Origin: an uncultured virus (IMG/VR IMGVR_UViG_3300029319_000027)
Taxonomy: Duplodnaviria; Heunggongvirae; Uroviricota; Caudoviricetes
Strand: one strand, 5' to 3'
DNA length: 20,000 nucleotides
Virus record (IMG/VR): IMGVR_UViG_3300029319_000027
The notes beneath the pieces were generated by a model. That model was not told where the DNA came from and did no database searches. It saw only the letters and a list, made by a program, of their open reading frames with translations. Positions 7,049 to 15,971 of this stretch are shown piece by piece. The position numbers and the translations under genes were made by a program. Each line of letters starts with the position of its first letter. The first letter of the stretch is position 1.

Positions 7049-7597
7049 ATGACAAAAGGAGAAGGAAATTTTCACGGATTTAATCCAAATAGTAATGTAA
7101 ATAAATCCAAAGAATGGTACACACCAAGGAAGATAATAGATGCTTTGGGCTTACATTTCGATTTGGACCCTGCATCATCTGAGAAAGCAAATACGCTTAT
7201 TAAAGCAGATAATATCTTTACTAAAGAAGATGATGGGCTAACTAAAGAGTGGTTTGGTAAAGTATGGTTAAATCCACCATATGGAAAAGATACACCAATT
7301 TGGTTAGATTATGCTTTACAACAAATAGCAAAGAATGATGTAGAAGTTGTTTCTTTAATATTTTCTAGAACAGATACAAGGTGGTTTCATGATTTGTGTA
7401 CACAATTCAATATGCTTTGTTTTGTGAAAGGGCGTATAAACTTTATTGACGGTAATACAATGGAAAAGGGACAAGGCTCAACAAACGGTAGTTTGATTGT
7501 TGCTAGTGGACCTACAGTTGAACAAGCTGTACTAAATTCAGGTCTTGGGTACTGTGTGCAAAGATATCCACAGTATCAAGCATCTGATTTTATTTAG
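7049..7597 (+). CDS. Phage Dam-family DNA N6-adenine methyltransferase
   Basis: EWYTP...FDLDPAS...DDGL...W.GKVWLNPPYG...RTDTRWF...GRINF; AGGAGG RBS. Confidence 0.9.
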   Translation: MTKGEGNFHGFNPNSNVNKSKEWYTPRKIIDALGLHFDLDPASSEKANTLIKADNIFTKEDDGLTKEWFGKVWLNPPYGKDTPIWLDYALQQIAKNDVEVVSLIFSRTDTRWFHDLCTQFNMLCFVKGRINFIDGNTMEKGQGSTNGSLIVASGPTVEQAVLNSGLGYCVQRYPQYQASDFI

Positions 7598-7604
7598 GAG
7601 GGAC

Positions 7605-7769
7605 ATGCTAAAAAAATTATGGATAAAACTCAAAGATAGAGTTAGTTATATCATTGAGCTTCGTATTTATGAAAAACAAAAAAGAGCACAAGACCTTTGG
7701 GTAGTCGAACAAGAAGAACTAGATAAACTGCTTGGTACAGATTACGCAAAAGATATAGAAGAAGAATGA
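7605..7769 (+). CDS. Hypothetical 54 aa protein
   Basis: AGGAGG at 7596-7601 favours ATG 7605 over the tracked start at 7545. Confidence 0.6.
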   Translation: MLKKLWIKLKDRVSYIIELRIYEKQKRAQDLWVVEQEELDKLLGTDYAKDIEEE

Positions 7770-7939
7770 TAGAAAGATTTAAAGAAATAGAAAACAGAGT
7801 ATTTTCTGCACCATACAAGTGGCTAATTAGAAAAGGTTACATTGTTGCTAAAAGAGTGTATTTAACTATGGATGACTTATATCAAACAAAAGTTCTTGAT
7901 AGTTATAGAGGAAATCCTAATTTTCCAGGAGACGATTAA
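7766..7939 (+). CDS. Hypothetical 57 aa protein
   Basis: ATGA coupling to the upstream gene; MIERFKEIENRVFSAPYKWLIRKGYIVAKRVYLTMDDLYQTKVLDSYRGNPNFPGDD. Below the ORF-track cutoff. Confidence 0.6.
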   Translation: MIERFKEIENRVFSAPYKWLIRKGYIVAKRVYLTMDDLYQTKVLDSYRGNPNFPGDD

Positions 7940-8175
7940 AACTTAACTTTTCTTTTTGCTGCTTTTTTTGCTTTATCTCTCATAGAACTAGATACTTTAC
8001 TAGGATCAGTATTCCAATCAATACCAACAGTTCCGTAGAGATTAACTGAAGAGCTAATTTGTCTATTAGATATTGCTTTACATTTTTCACATTTAATCTC
8101 AGGGTCTTCATGAATTGAGTGTGTTACTTCGAATAAATGTTCACATTTAGAACATTTATAATCGTATCTAGCCAT
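7936..8175 (-). CDS. FmdB-family zinc-ribbon protein
   Basis: MARYDYKCSKCEHLFEVTHSIHEDPEIKCEKC...RQISS signature; TAATG coupling. Confidence 0.85.
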   Translation of the reverse strand: MARYDYKCSKCEHLFEVTHSIHEDPEIKCEKCKAISNRQISSSVNLYGTVGIDWNTDPSKVSSSMRDKAKKAAKRKVKF

Positions 8176-8366
8176 TATTCATCAAAGGCTTTGCAAATCT
8201 TTAAGTAAAGATTTACCATATCATCTGCATCTTGTACAAGATTGATACCTTTGATACGCATGTAATTGAATTGTTTTAGAACCATTTCTTTAAATTGCTC
8301 GTCATCAATTAGTTCGTTTACTGCGTCTTCTCGTTTTGTCCCATCAGGGAATCTTAAGTCTTCCAT
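8175..8366 (-). CDS. Hypothetical protein
   Basis: 63 aa; TAATG-coupled on both sides. Confidence 0.7.
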   Translation of the reverse strand: MEDLRFPDGTKREDAVNELIDDEQFKEMVLKQFNYMRIKGINLVQDADDMVNLYLKICKAFDE

Positions 8367-9052
8367 TAGTCTAGTATACCTGCAGAAGTGAAGAATTGCC
8401 TCTTATATTTAGAAAGTGCCCTTTTCTCTTCTACTGTTAACAAATCTTGGCTAAACAATTCCATCGGAGATTCATATACAACTGAATAGTCTCCTATTTT
8501 TTCTTGTTTTACCATTTGGAATTTTGCATCAGAAGTATTATCTGATAAATGAGTTCCAACAGTTCCTGTGCTTTGTTGAGTTCCTAAACTTGCACTTGCT
8601 GCAAATAATCTAGCTGCAACTCTTGCACTGATGTACTTAATATCTTTTGGTACATCCTCTGCTGAACTTTCGCTATCTGAATAACCTGCAGAATAAACTA
8701 CAGTAATATTTTGTAACTTTGCATCTGACCATGTCTCTAATGCTGTTCTTCTCAATCTACCCAGGTTGGAATAAAGAACATAATCGTTTGAGTTTCCCTC
8801 AGAGAGGGCATTACCATCTTCGGTAACAGATGTTACTGATACTACAGGTGATCTAGATAAAAATAAATCTTCGGTATTGTCTCCATCGAATTTTTCGGTT
8901 ATTGAAGCTGTATAATCTAATTCGTAACCTACGAAGTTGTCTATGGCTTGGTCTGCTGTTGGTATAAATAAATTTGTAACAGTTGATTCATCAGTAGTAT
9001 TTAAATCAACGCCAAGCACTTTTTCGACATCGGAAACAGAAGAAAGTGCCAT
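8366..9052 (-). CDS. Head-tail connector / head completion protein (gp6-like)
   Basis: LSSVSDVEKVLG...AIDNFVGY...PVVSVTSV...ITVVYSAGY...VPKDIK...EKIGDYSVVY...LSKYKR; lies downstream of the capsid gene. Confidence 0.8.
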   Translation of the reverse strand: MALSSVSDVEKVLGVDLNTTDESTVTNLFIPTADQAIDNFVGYELDYTASITEKFDGDNTEDLFLSRSPVVSVTSVTEDGNALSEGNSNDYVLYSNLGRLRRTALETWSDAKLQNITVVYSAGYSDSESSAEDVPKDIKYISARVAARLFAASASLGTQQSTGTVGTHLSDNTSDAKFQMVKQEKIGDYSVVYESPMELFSQDLLTVEEKRALSKYKRQFFTSAGILD

Positions 9053-9060
9053 GTTAGGAC

Positions 9061-9330
9061 CTACTTATCTTCTTTTGGCTTAACTGCTTTTGTTTCTACT
9101 TTTTTCTTTGGAGCTGCTTTTTTTGCAGGAGCTTTTTTAGGAGCTGCTTTCTTCTTAGCAGGAGCTTTCTTGCCCCAACCTTGTTCTTTAAGCCACTCAG
9201 TAGGATATTCTTTTCCTGCTTTAGCGATTAAAGATGCACCTGATTTAGGTAGTTCTGATACAGGACCTTCCCAAATAGTACCATCGCTTAGTTTCCAAAT
9301 ACTTTTTTCTGGTTTTGTAAAATCTGACAT
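9061..9330 (-). CDS. Small protein with Lys/Ala/Pro-rich (histone H1-like) tail
   Basis: 89 aa; KKAPAKKKAAPKKAPAKKAAPKKK; AAGGA RBS. Confidence 0.7.
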   Translation of the reverse strand: MSDFTKPEKSIWKLSDGTIWEGPVSELPKSGASLIAKAGKEYPTEWLKEQGWGKKAPAKKKAAPKKAPAKKAAPKKKVETKAVKPKEDK

Positions 9331-9352
9331 TATTTTCCTTTTTTAATAATTG

Positions 9353-9393
9353 TAGTTTGAAAGGGGTAGGGTTGCTACCCCTTTCGTAAACTA
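9353..9393 (-). terminator. Hairpin / intrinsic terminator after the major capsid gene
   Basis: 11 bp perfect stem GAAAGGGGTAG (9359-9369) / CTACCCCTTTC (9375-9385), extendable by TAGTTT/AAACTA. Confidence 0.7.
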
Positions 9394-9412
9394 TCTAACA
9401 AATACTCCTAAT

Positions 9413-10669
9413 TTAGAAGTTTGTTATTTTGTGGAAAGCTGCTTGCCTGTAAACAGGGAAACCGACTCTCATTGTTGCTCTAATAGCGAGCTGATTCTTA
9501 ATAAAGAAATCAGAGTGGCTATCAGAAACAGCGATGTCCATTCCTTGTCTCATGACAACATGAGCTGCTTCTCCACCACCAAACTTACCGACAAGAACAG
9601 TGTTCTCAGCGATAGCTGTGGTTGGGACAACTTTTAATCCCCAAATGGATGCTACAGGAGCATTGCCCATGGCACCTGCTGCCATGAATAGTGGGACATT
9701 AGCTGCATATCCTGCAGATGAGTCTCCAGCAAATCCTGTTAAGGATGTTACTACTGTATTCCAATCGTTTGGATGCATAACTATTGCATCTGGTTCTGTA
9801 AATGCATTAACACGAATGTTTGTAATTGCACTATAAATCGCACCAACTCTACCTAAGTTACCATTGAACTCAGTTGAGTAGTTTGTAGAACCAACATTTG
9901 ATTTACCTGCGTCCAAGATACCTTCTAGGTTTGGAGCAGAACCGTCTCCTGAAAGGAGTTGGCTGTCCAAACGAAGTTTAATCATTGTTTGTAATCTTGA
10001 GTTTAAGTAACCTTGAATTCCAGCTTCATCAGCTAATAATTCATCAGTAACAGGCAAGAATACACCAAGTTTTCTGATGGATTCTGTGTTTTCTGTGAAT
10101 GCTAATGCACCTTCGCCAACGGCTGAACCTTCAGCAGCTTCTGCTGCGTTGTTTGTGAAGGTTGTTTCTTCCAAATAACTGAAAGAGTTTTGATCAGTTG
10201 TAATTTGGTCGAATAAGCCGATGACAGAATCAGGGTCTCTTAAAGCAGTCTCAAGAATACCTGGTTGTCTTAGGACCTCAGGTGGATAACCTGTGGTTGT
10301 TAATGTGGTTTTTGTTTCAAGATTGTTAGGAGCAAATTTTACTCTGCTGTCTACACCCTTGATACCACTGTCCTTATAATTTTTCCAAGCATCTGACTTA
10401 ACAAATTGCTCTCCAATTGTAAGGGTTTCATTCTCTGTTGGGAAATTGCTTGCTACAGGTTGTGAATCAGCATCAATAGCTTTTTCATTTTTCGCTTGAG
10501 CAGATTTAAGATTTACTTCTTCGACTAAAGAAGCGAGTTCTTCGTTTCTTTTTCCGATTTCATTCTTTTGCTCTGTAGAATATTTTCCATCCTCTGAGGA
10601 TTCAAATAATTCTTTTAGCTCAACTCTTTTAGCAGCTAATTTCTCACGGAGGTCTTTGATATCTGACAT
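9413..10669 (-). CDS. Major capsid protein, HK97 family
   Basis: Start moved to ATG 10669 (AGGAG upstream). Coiled-coil N-terminal delta-like domain; VGEGALAF...IRKLGVFLPVTDELLAD...LLSGDG...VMHPNDW...IWGLKVV...FIKNQLAIRATMRVGFPVYRQAAF. Confidence 0.95.
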   Translation of the reverse strand: MSDIKDLREKLAAKRVELKELFESSEDGKYSTEQKNEIGKRNEELASLVEEVNLKSAQAKNEKAIDADSQPVASNFPTENETLTIGEQFVKSDAWKNYKDSGIKGVDSRVKFAPNNLETKTTLTTTGYPPEVLRQPGILETALRDPDSVIGLFDQITTDQNSFSYLEETTFTNNAAEAAEGSAVGEGALAFTENTESIRKLGVFLPVTDELLADEAGIQGYLNSRLQTMIKLRLDSQLLSGDGSAPNLEGILDAGKSNVGSTNYSTEFNGNLGRVGAIYSAITNIRVNAFTEPDAIVMHPNDWNTVVTSLTGFAGDSSAGYAANVPLFMAAGAMGNAPVASIWGLKVVPTTAIAENTVLVGKFGGGEAAHVVMRQGMDIAVSDSHSDFFIKNQLAIRATMRVGFPVYRQAAFHKITNF

Positions 10670-10685
10670 TGATATTCTCCTATTG

Positions 10686-12053
10686 CTAAATTTCGTCTTC
10701 TTCTTCTGTTTCAGCAATTAATGAGTCTGCGATTGTTCTTTGAGTTTCCATGAGTAGAGACTCTAAATCTTCATCAATTTCATCAGTTGCCACTTCTTCA
10801 GTTACAGCTTCGACAGGAACTTCAACTTCTTCAATTACTTCAACTTCTGCTTCTGCAATCTCAGCTTCTTCAGTTTCTTCAACTTCTTCAACTGCGACTT
10901 CTTCAACTTCAGTTTCAACAACTTCTTCTGTCTCTGTATCCACATCGTCTACTTCAACTTCTTCTTCTACTGCAGTAGCAGTAGCTTCAGGAAGTGTTCC
11001 GACTTCTTCGATGATTTCATCAATCTCGGTCCATGCGTCATTCAAATCTTCACGGACTGCATTAAGTGCTTCGGTTGCCTTTTCTGACAATTTCCTACCA
11101 TCCTTTACTCGTAATAAGCCAATTGCTTTGGCTCGTACTATGAGGCTATCCAATGCAGCAAGCACATCTTTTACCTCTTCAGAGAAAGTCAACCCTGTCA
11201 AGCTAGGTGCCTTTCCTGAATCCTTTTCCTCAGATACATCATCTTCAGGAGTATCTGATTCTTCGACAATTTCCTCGCCCATTTCATCTTCAGGCTCTGG
11301 ATCATTTGTCTCAACATCTTTAATTTCTGTTTCTTCGTCAATAGATTTTCCTACTGCTTCTTCATACTCTTCATGTGTTTTACATGGCATAAATACTTCT
11401 TTGCCATCTACTTCATGAGTGTGAACGCCAACAGGACAACTTAATTCTTTTGACCTGTTCATAGCTTCAGCAGGATTATCAAAAGTATCTTTTGCATATG
11501 CTGCTTTTTCTTCTTCTACTGATTCAGTATCTACAACTTTTTGTTCCAATTCGTCTTTTTCTGAGGCTTCTTTAATAGCCATGGTATAGGTTTCTTGATT
11601 AGCACCAACTAGAACAGGGGAGACTTCGTAAACTGTTAAATCTTTGAGGTATCTTGCAGTTTCTTCTTCAGCATCAGCAGATTTTTGCCATTTGCCTACT
11701 TCTGAATCTTCAACTCTAAAACCAAAAGACCATTGTTGTAAATCGCCCATTGATTTGACTAAGTTATAAGCTTCTTTTCCTGCTTCAGTATCCATGAAAA
11801 AATTACCTTCAAAGGTAGCTTTGTCATTGTCTTGTTTAATTTTTCCTTTTCCAATAGGCATGTCCCATTTGTGAGACCAAACCATAGGAACATCGCCTGA
11901 TTTAAAACCTGACCTTACTGCTCCTGGAATGACAACATCGCCATCGCTATCTTTATTGTTGAATACTGAGAAAACTGCTTCTACAGCTCCCTTTTTAGAT
12001 TTTGATTTTTTAAGTTCTATTTCAAACTCTTTTTTTTCTTTTTGTTCGTCCAT
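10686..12053 (-). CDS. HK97-family prohead protease with long acidic C-terminal extension
   Basis: SVFNNKDSDGDVVIPGA, MVWSHKWDMPIG, QWSFGF, LTVYEVSPVLVGAN; AGGAG RBS; 455 aa. Confidence 0.93.
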   Translation of the reverse strand: MDEQKEKKEFEIELKKSKSKKGAVEAVFSVFNNKDSDGDVVIPGAVRSGFKSGDVPMVWSHKWDMPIGKGKIKQDNDKATFEGNFFMDTEAGKEAYNLVKSMGDLQQWSFGFRVEDSEVGKWQKSADAEEETARYLKDLTVYEVSPVLVGANQETYTMAIKEASEKDELEQKVVDTESVEEEKAAYAKDTFDNPAEAMNRSKELSCPVGVHTHEVDGKEVFMPCKTHEEYEEAVGKSIDEETEIKDVETNDPEPEDEMGEEIVEESDTPEDDVSEEKDSGKAPSLTGLTFSEEVKDVLAALDSLIVRAKAIGLLRVKDGRKLSEKATEALNAVREDLNDAWTEIDEIIEEVGTLPEATATAVEEEVEVDDVDTETEEVVETEVEEVAVEEVEETEEAEIAEAEVEVIEEVEVPVEAVTEEVATDEIDEDLESLLMETQRTIADSLIAETEEEDEI

Positions 12054-12075
12054 AACTCCTATACCTCTTCCTTTT

Positions 12076-12106
12076 TATAATAACGCAAAAAATGGTCGAT
12101 TGTCAT
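12076..12106 (-). promoter_or_regulatory. Candidate internal promoter for the protease-capsid genes
   Basis: Minus strand ATGACA-N18-TATTAT in the portal-protease intergenic gap. Confidence 0.4.
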
Positions 12107-12112
12107 ATATTG

Positions 12113-14557
12113 CTAATTAGTGTGTCCTAATATCTCTTGTGCCTTTTTGTTACGAGCATTAACTTTCTTTTTTTGCTCATTGACAAGTTTTTTCATTTCT
12201 GAAACACCACCTGTTGTAACTCCACCCCACTTCATAACTGCAATAGCACCATTCAATCTATTATTATTTTTATGACGATTCATAAAGCGTTCTCTTCGTT
12301 TTACCCAAGAAAGCACAGAAGCTGATCTATCGCCTGCTTTATACTTTGTCCATCTGTTAAAAGCATCATTGCCTGTAAATGCAGTTGGTGGGTTACCACC
12401 TGTTCCTGCTCTTCTCCAAATGGTTGGGTAATTTTCTTTTAAATCTTTTACATAGTTGTAGTCAGGGAATTGTCTGTACTGAGAGTTGCTCAAACTAATT
12501 TTTTGATTGTCTCCTGATTTTGGAAAGTTTGTAATTTTATCTTTCTTTTCTGATTTACGCCAATCTTTAATTTTTTGTAATTTAGAAATTGGCTGTGTAA
12601 CATTTCTATCTGTTTTTTTATGAGAACCGTCATCCATGATTGCCCAAACATTCATTGTTGCATTTTCTTTAGAAACAGAAACAACAACACCGTGAACTGT
12701 TGATGGTGGGTCTGGGTCTTTATTTATTGACCAACTAACTGTATCTCCAACACTTACAGAACTAGCTTTACTGTTCTCAGGCTCTATCTCAAAAGACTGT
12801 TCATATAAAGTTTCTGCCTCTTCTGTAGATACTTTTAGTTCTTCAATACCTCCTGATTTCTTAGAAGATAATGGATGTCCAGCAGGGAGCAGGTCTTGGT
12901 CAAAAGGCTTGCGTGGGAATCTTCCCTTTAATCCCTTAATAAAGGCATTAACCCGGGCTAATCCCCATTGGGTAGCACCTGTTACATTACCTCTTACCGA
13001 AGATGGATTTGTTCGATAAGCACCTACTCCTCTCCTGAACACTGCAGCTAACATTCTATAGTTAGCTCTGTACTTAGGATTCTTTGCGTTATGGTCTTTT
13101 ACTTTCTTTTGAAGACTCTTTTTGACTTTTGCAGAAATAGCAGTTGATTTTAGTCTTGTTGGTTTTTCAACAATTTTAGGACTTCTTTCGCTTTCAACAC
13201 TTGCACCTTCAGTAGTCAATACATCTTTTAGTTCAAAAGATTTTTCAGGGAGTATAGGGTTTGCGTAATCTTCTTCTTTTGTAGGTTGTAAGTTTAATGG
13301 TCTTAGATAAACTGAATGGTCATCACTAGCATCTAAGCCAACTGCTTTTCTAGCTTCTCCAACTGTTATCCAACCACCTTGAACACCTGTGTTCATTCTC
13401 TTGAATACTTCAGACTTATCTGCATCTAGTGCTCTAACTTCTCCTAGATCATACTTACAAACAAGTTTTGTATCTGAAGTAAAGTCTGCTTGTAATAGCT
13501 GAGATGTTATTTCATTAGCAACTGTTTGCCATAAAGGAATTAATTTTTGCTCAGTAAAAAATTCTCTAAGCTCTCTCGTGTTATTGTAAGTAGCAGCTTC
13601 AAGACCTGCACCTAATCCTGCAAGAATAGCAGGAACACCAAGAACAGCAGAAACTCTTTCTTCAGGAAGTCTTCTTAGTTTATTTAAATTTAATTGTTCA
13701 GGAGACCATGAAACTACTTTGACATCCATAGAGCCTGTAAGAATCATAGGAGCTCCTCTGTTTGCTCCACCGAATTTTTGTTTGTAAATCTGTGCGATAG
13801 CTTCTGCTTCATCTTTTGAAGGACCACCCATAGAGTCATCTTTTGGAGAAAGTATCACTCCTGGTACAGCCATGTTATGCAAAAGGGCTGCTGCATATTG
13901 CCCTGCTGCTTCGTCTCCTAAAATTTCTCTTAACACAGATTTAAGGGGAGCAAAACCTTTTCTGTGGTCATTTGGGTCTATTCCTTGTCGGATATGTACT
14001 ACCTCACTAGCAGGTATAACTTGAAATTCGTTTATTGATGTACTTCGTTCTTTTACATAATATTCATAATGAGTTATGAGTTGTTCTTCATTACCTCTAG
14101 GTTTTACATAACTTGGAAGCAATGGAACTAATTCAACAACCCTGCCACTTCTTGCACGATTCTTGAATAAGTATGCATCTCCTGTTGCATTCAAGGCTGT
14201 AATAATATAGTTCGCTAGTAAAGAACCTGATGTATATTGATTTGGTCTTGTAAGTAATTGATTTACAGGATGGTCTTCTTGTTCAACCATTTCCCCGTTT
14301 TCTCTTTTGTAAACTTTTAATGATGGTTCAGCGAATGATGTGGATAAAACATTTAGACATGCAACAACTGCTGAGTTACCTGTGCCGTCTCCAACTTCTT
14401 GTAATTTTTTATCTGGAAAATATCCTGAACTTGTATTGTATCCATACACTAATGGATCAACACCTAGTGATTGATTATAGTTCAAGCCTTTAACCCTTTC
14501 GGGTGGTGCTTGCAAATATTCTACAAACCTTCTAAAACGAGACTTATCCTCTGCCAT
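12113..14557 (-). CDS. Portal protein (HK97 family) with about 390 aa multi-domain C-terminal extension
   Basis: NSAVVAC, HPVNQLLTRPN, TGDAYL, ELVPLLPSYV, EVVHIR, GFAPL, PGVIL, VLGVPAIL, TYNN, WITVGEARKAVGL; abuts the terL stop; 814 aa. Confidence 0.93.
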   Translation of the reverse strand: MAEDKSRFRRFVEYLQAPPERVKGLNYNQSLGVDPLVYGYNTSSGYFPDKKLQEVGDGTGNSAVVACLNVLSTSFAEPSLKVYKRENGEMVEQEDHPVNQLLTRPNQYTSGSLLANYIITALNATGDAYLFKNRARSGRVVELVPLLPSYVKPRGNEEQLITHYEYYVKERSTSINEFQVIPASEVVHIRQGIDPNDHRKGFAPLKSVLREILGDEAAGQYAAALLHNMAVPGVILSPKDDSMGGPSKDEAEAIAQIYKQKFGGANRGAPMILTGSMDVKVVSWSPEQLNLNKLRRLPEERVSAVLGVPAILAGLGAGLEAATYNNTRELREFFTEQKLIPLWQTVANEITSQLLQADFTSDTKLVCKYDLGEVRALDADKSEVFKRMNTGVQGGWITVGEARKAVGLDASDDHSVYLRPLNLQPTKEEDYANPILPEKSFELKDVLTTEGASVESERSPKIVEKPTRLKSTAISAKVKKSLQKKVKDHNAKNPKYRANYRMLAAVFRRGVGAYRTNPSSVRGNVTGATQWGLARVNAFIKGLKGRFPRKPFDQDLLPAGHPLSSKKSGGIEELKVSTEEAETLYEQSFEIEPENSKASSVSVGDTVSWSINKDPDPPSTVHGVVVSVSKENATMNVWAIMDDGSHKKTDRNVTQPISKLQKIKDWRKSEKKDKITNFPKSGDNQKISLSNSQYRQFPDYNYVKDLKENYPTIWRRAGTGGNPPTAFTGNDAFNRWTKYKAGDRSASVLSWVKRRERFMNRHKNNNRLNGAIAVMKWGGVTTGGVSEMKKLVNEQKKKVNARNKKAQEILGHTN

Positions 14558-15859
14558 TTAGTACGCTACCCACTCTCTCTTATTATTTAAGTTTAACACT
14601 CCATATGCTAGCGTGTCGACAATATCGTCATGGCTACCTACAGGAAAAGTAATTAGCTCTCTTTCTGCTTCTCCAACCCAAGTTGCCAATTCATCATCAG
14701 GAAAGTATATTTGTCCACTTTCAAACTTTGCAGACAATGGCATAGCTCTTGACCTTTTATCTTTATCTGCTTTTAATTCTTTTACGACAATTCCTTCTCT
14801 TTGAGCAAACTGTACAATAGCAAGCTGATAACCTGCTCTTTCAATTCCTACCCAAGACAATTCGTTGTCATAAAATATTTTTTTAAGAGTTGGAATAATA
14901 TCAGGAGCTTGCAATCTGTCTCTAAACATATCAGTAACAAAAAGATTGTTAGTTGCAGAATCATGAGCAAAAGAAGTTATGACTGTATAGTCAGCAGAAT
15001 CTTTTGTTGACACAGCCAAGTCAACTGTAGCAAACTTGTGCATGTCATCCATAAGAAACTCATCGTTTCCAATCTTACAACTTCTGACACCAGGCTTATA
15101 GTATTTAAACCAATCAGCTTTGAAAATTTGAGTTGTCTCATTTACAAACTCTGCTTCATACTCTTGAGCAAAAGTTATTGAGCCTAGTTCAGCTTTTGCA
15201 GATTCTATTTCTTCAGGATCAATTCTTGGATTAGCAATTGTTGGAAATTTAAATCTTTCCCAATCTTCTTTGTTTTCTGAATCAACCCACAATCTGTAAA
15301 ACCAATTGTTCATACCACGAGGTGTAGAAATAAATAATGCAGAACCTTTTCTTTCAGTAAGAGTCGGTCTTAAAACTTCTGTCCATGTTTCTTCTTTAAC
15401 AAAGGCAGCCTCATCCATAACTAGGAAATCAAGACCTTCTCCTCTAAGTCTTTGTGGATTGTCAGCAGATTTAACAGCAATAAAACCACCATCAGGAAAG
15501 TTAACAACCATATCGCCAACTTTGATATCTACTTTGATTCCTGTAAGTTTTGAAGATGCGTTTAATATATCACGCCAACCTACACGAGCGATAGAAAAGG
15601 TTGGAGCAACCCACCATGCTCTTTTACCATTTAGGGCATGCTCCATAGCCATTTGTACACCAAGTCTAGATTTACCAAATCTTCGACCGGCACACAGTAT
15701 TTTCCAACGAGCTTCTGAGTCGTGGACTTCTTGTTGAGATGGGTATAAGGAATCTTTAAAAGAAATCTTTTTTTCGGGCTTCTCTTCTTTATCAGCTAAA
15801 ACTTTATCAGCAGCTAAATTTAAGAACTTCCCATCACTAAAGGTATTTATTCCTGCCAT
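14558..15859 (-). CDS. terL: Terminase large subunit
   Basis: Walker A AGRRFGKS, Walker B LRGEGLDFLVMDEAAF, ISTPRG, QEYEAEF, and nuclease motifs VDLA...ADYT...HDDIVDTLAY. Confidence 0.97.
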   Translation of the reverse strand: MAGINTFSDGKFLNLAADKVLADKEEKPEKKISFKDSLYPSQQEVHDSEARWKILCAGRRFGKSRLGVQMAMEHALNGKRAWWVAPTFSIARVGWRDILNASSKLTGIKVDIKVGDMVVNFPDGGFIAVKSADNPQRLRGEGLDFLVMDEAAFVKEETWTEVLRPTLTERKGSALFISTPRGMNNWFYRLWVDSENKEDWERFKFPTIANPRIDPEEIESAKAELGSITFAQEYEAEFVNETTQIFKADWFKYYKPGVRSCKIGNDEFLMDDMHKFATVDLAVSTKDSADYTVITSFAHDSATNNLFVTDMFRDRLQAPDIIPTLKKIFYDNELSWVGIERAGYQLAIVQFAQREGIVVKELKADKDKRSRAMPLSAKFESGQIYFPDDELATWVGEAERELITFPVGSHDDIVDTLAYGVLNLNNKREWVAY

Positions 15860-15872
15860 AACTTATAGTATA
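15860..15872 (-). promoter_or_regulatory. -10 element for probable leaderless terL transcript
   Basis: Minus strand TATACT-N7-ATG(15859); no Shine-Dalgarno. Confidence 0.5.
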
Positions 15873-15873
15873 T

Positions 15874-15971
15874 ACGGTTAACCCCGAAGAGCTAACCGTT
15901 GATGGGAGGGCTTGTCAGCAAGGAAGCCGACTTAATTATTGTATACATACTAAAGTCGGCTTTGGATGACA
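15874..15971 (-). other. Structured intergenic element (two hairpins); terminator or small RNA
   Basis: Minus strand ACGGTTAGCTC-TTCG-GGGTTAACCGT (15874-15899) plus a 10 bp IR AAGCCGACTT/AAGTCGGCTT (15924-15962) flanked by TGTCA/TGACA. Confidence 0.6.

Noticed and set aside
3128..7939. Cassette as an autonomous mobile element
   Set aside because: No recombinase, transposase, terminal repeats or target-site duplication visible.
9100..9175. GGAGCT-TTT repeats as a possible CRISPR or tandem DNA repeat
   Set aside because: Explained by KKAP/KKAAP peptide repeats; no spacer structure.
10670..10717. N-terminal extension of the capsid ORF to 10717
   Set aside because: It overlaps the protease end; AGGAG spacing supports ATG 10669.
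10750..11418. 222 aa Ser/Thr-rich plus-strand ORF and the 63 aa Leu/Gln ORF at 10787-10978
   Set aside because: Antisense shadows of the GAA/GTT-rich acidic tail of the protease; no independent evidence of coding.
12113..13283. Intein in the portal or MTase as the cause of extra length
   Set aside because: No Cys/Ser-start and His-Asn-end splice motifs or LAGLIDADG signature seen; the portal extension is terminal.
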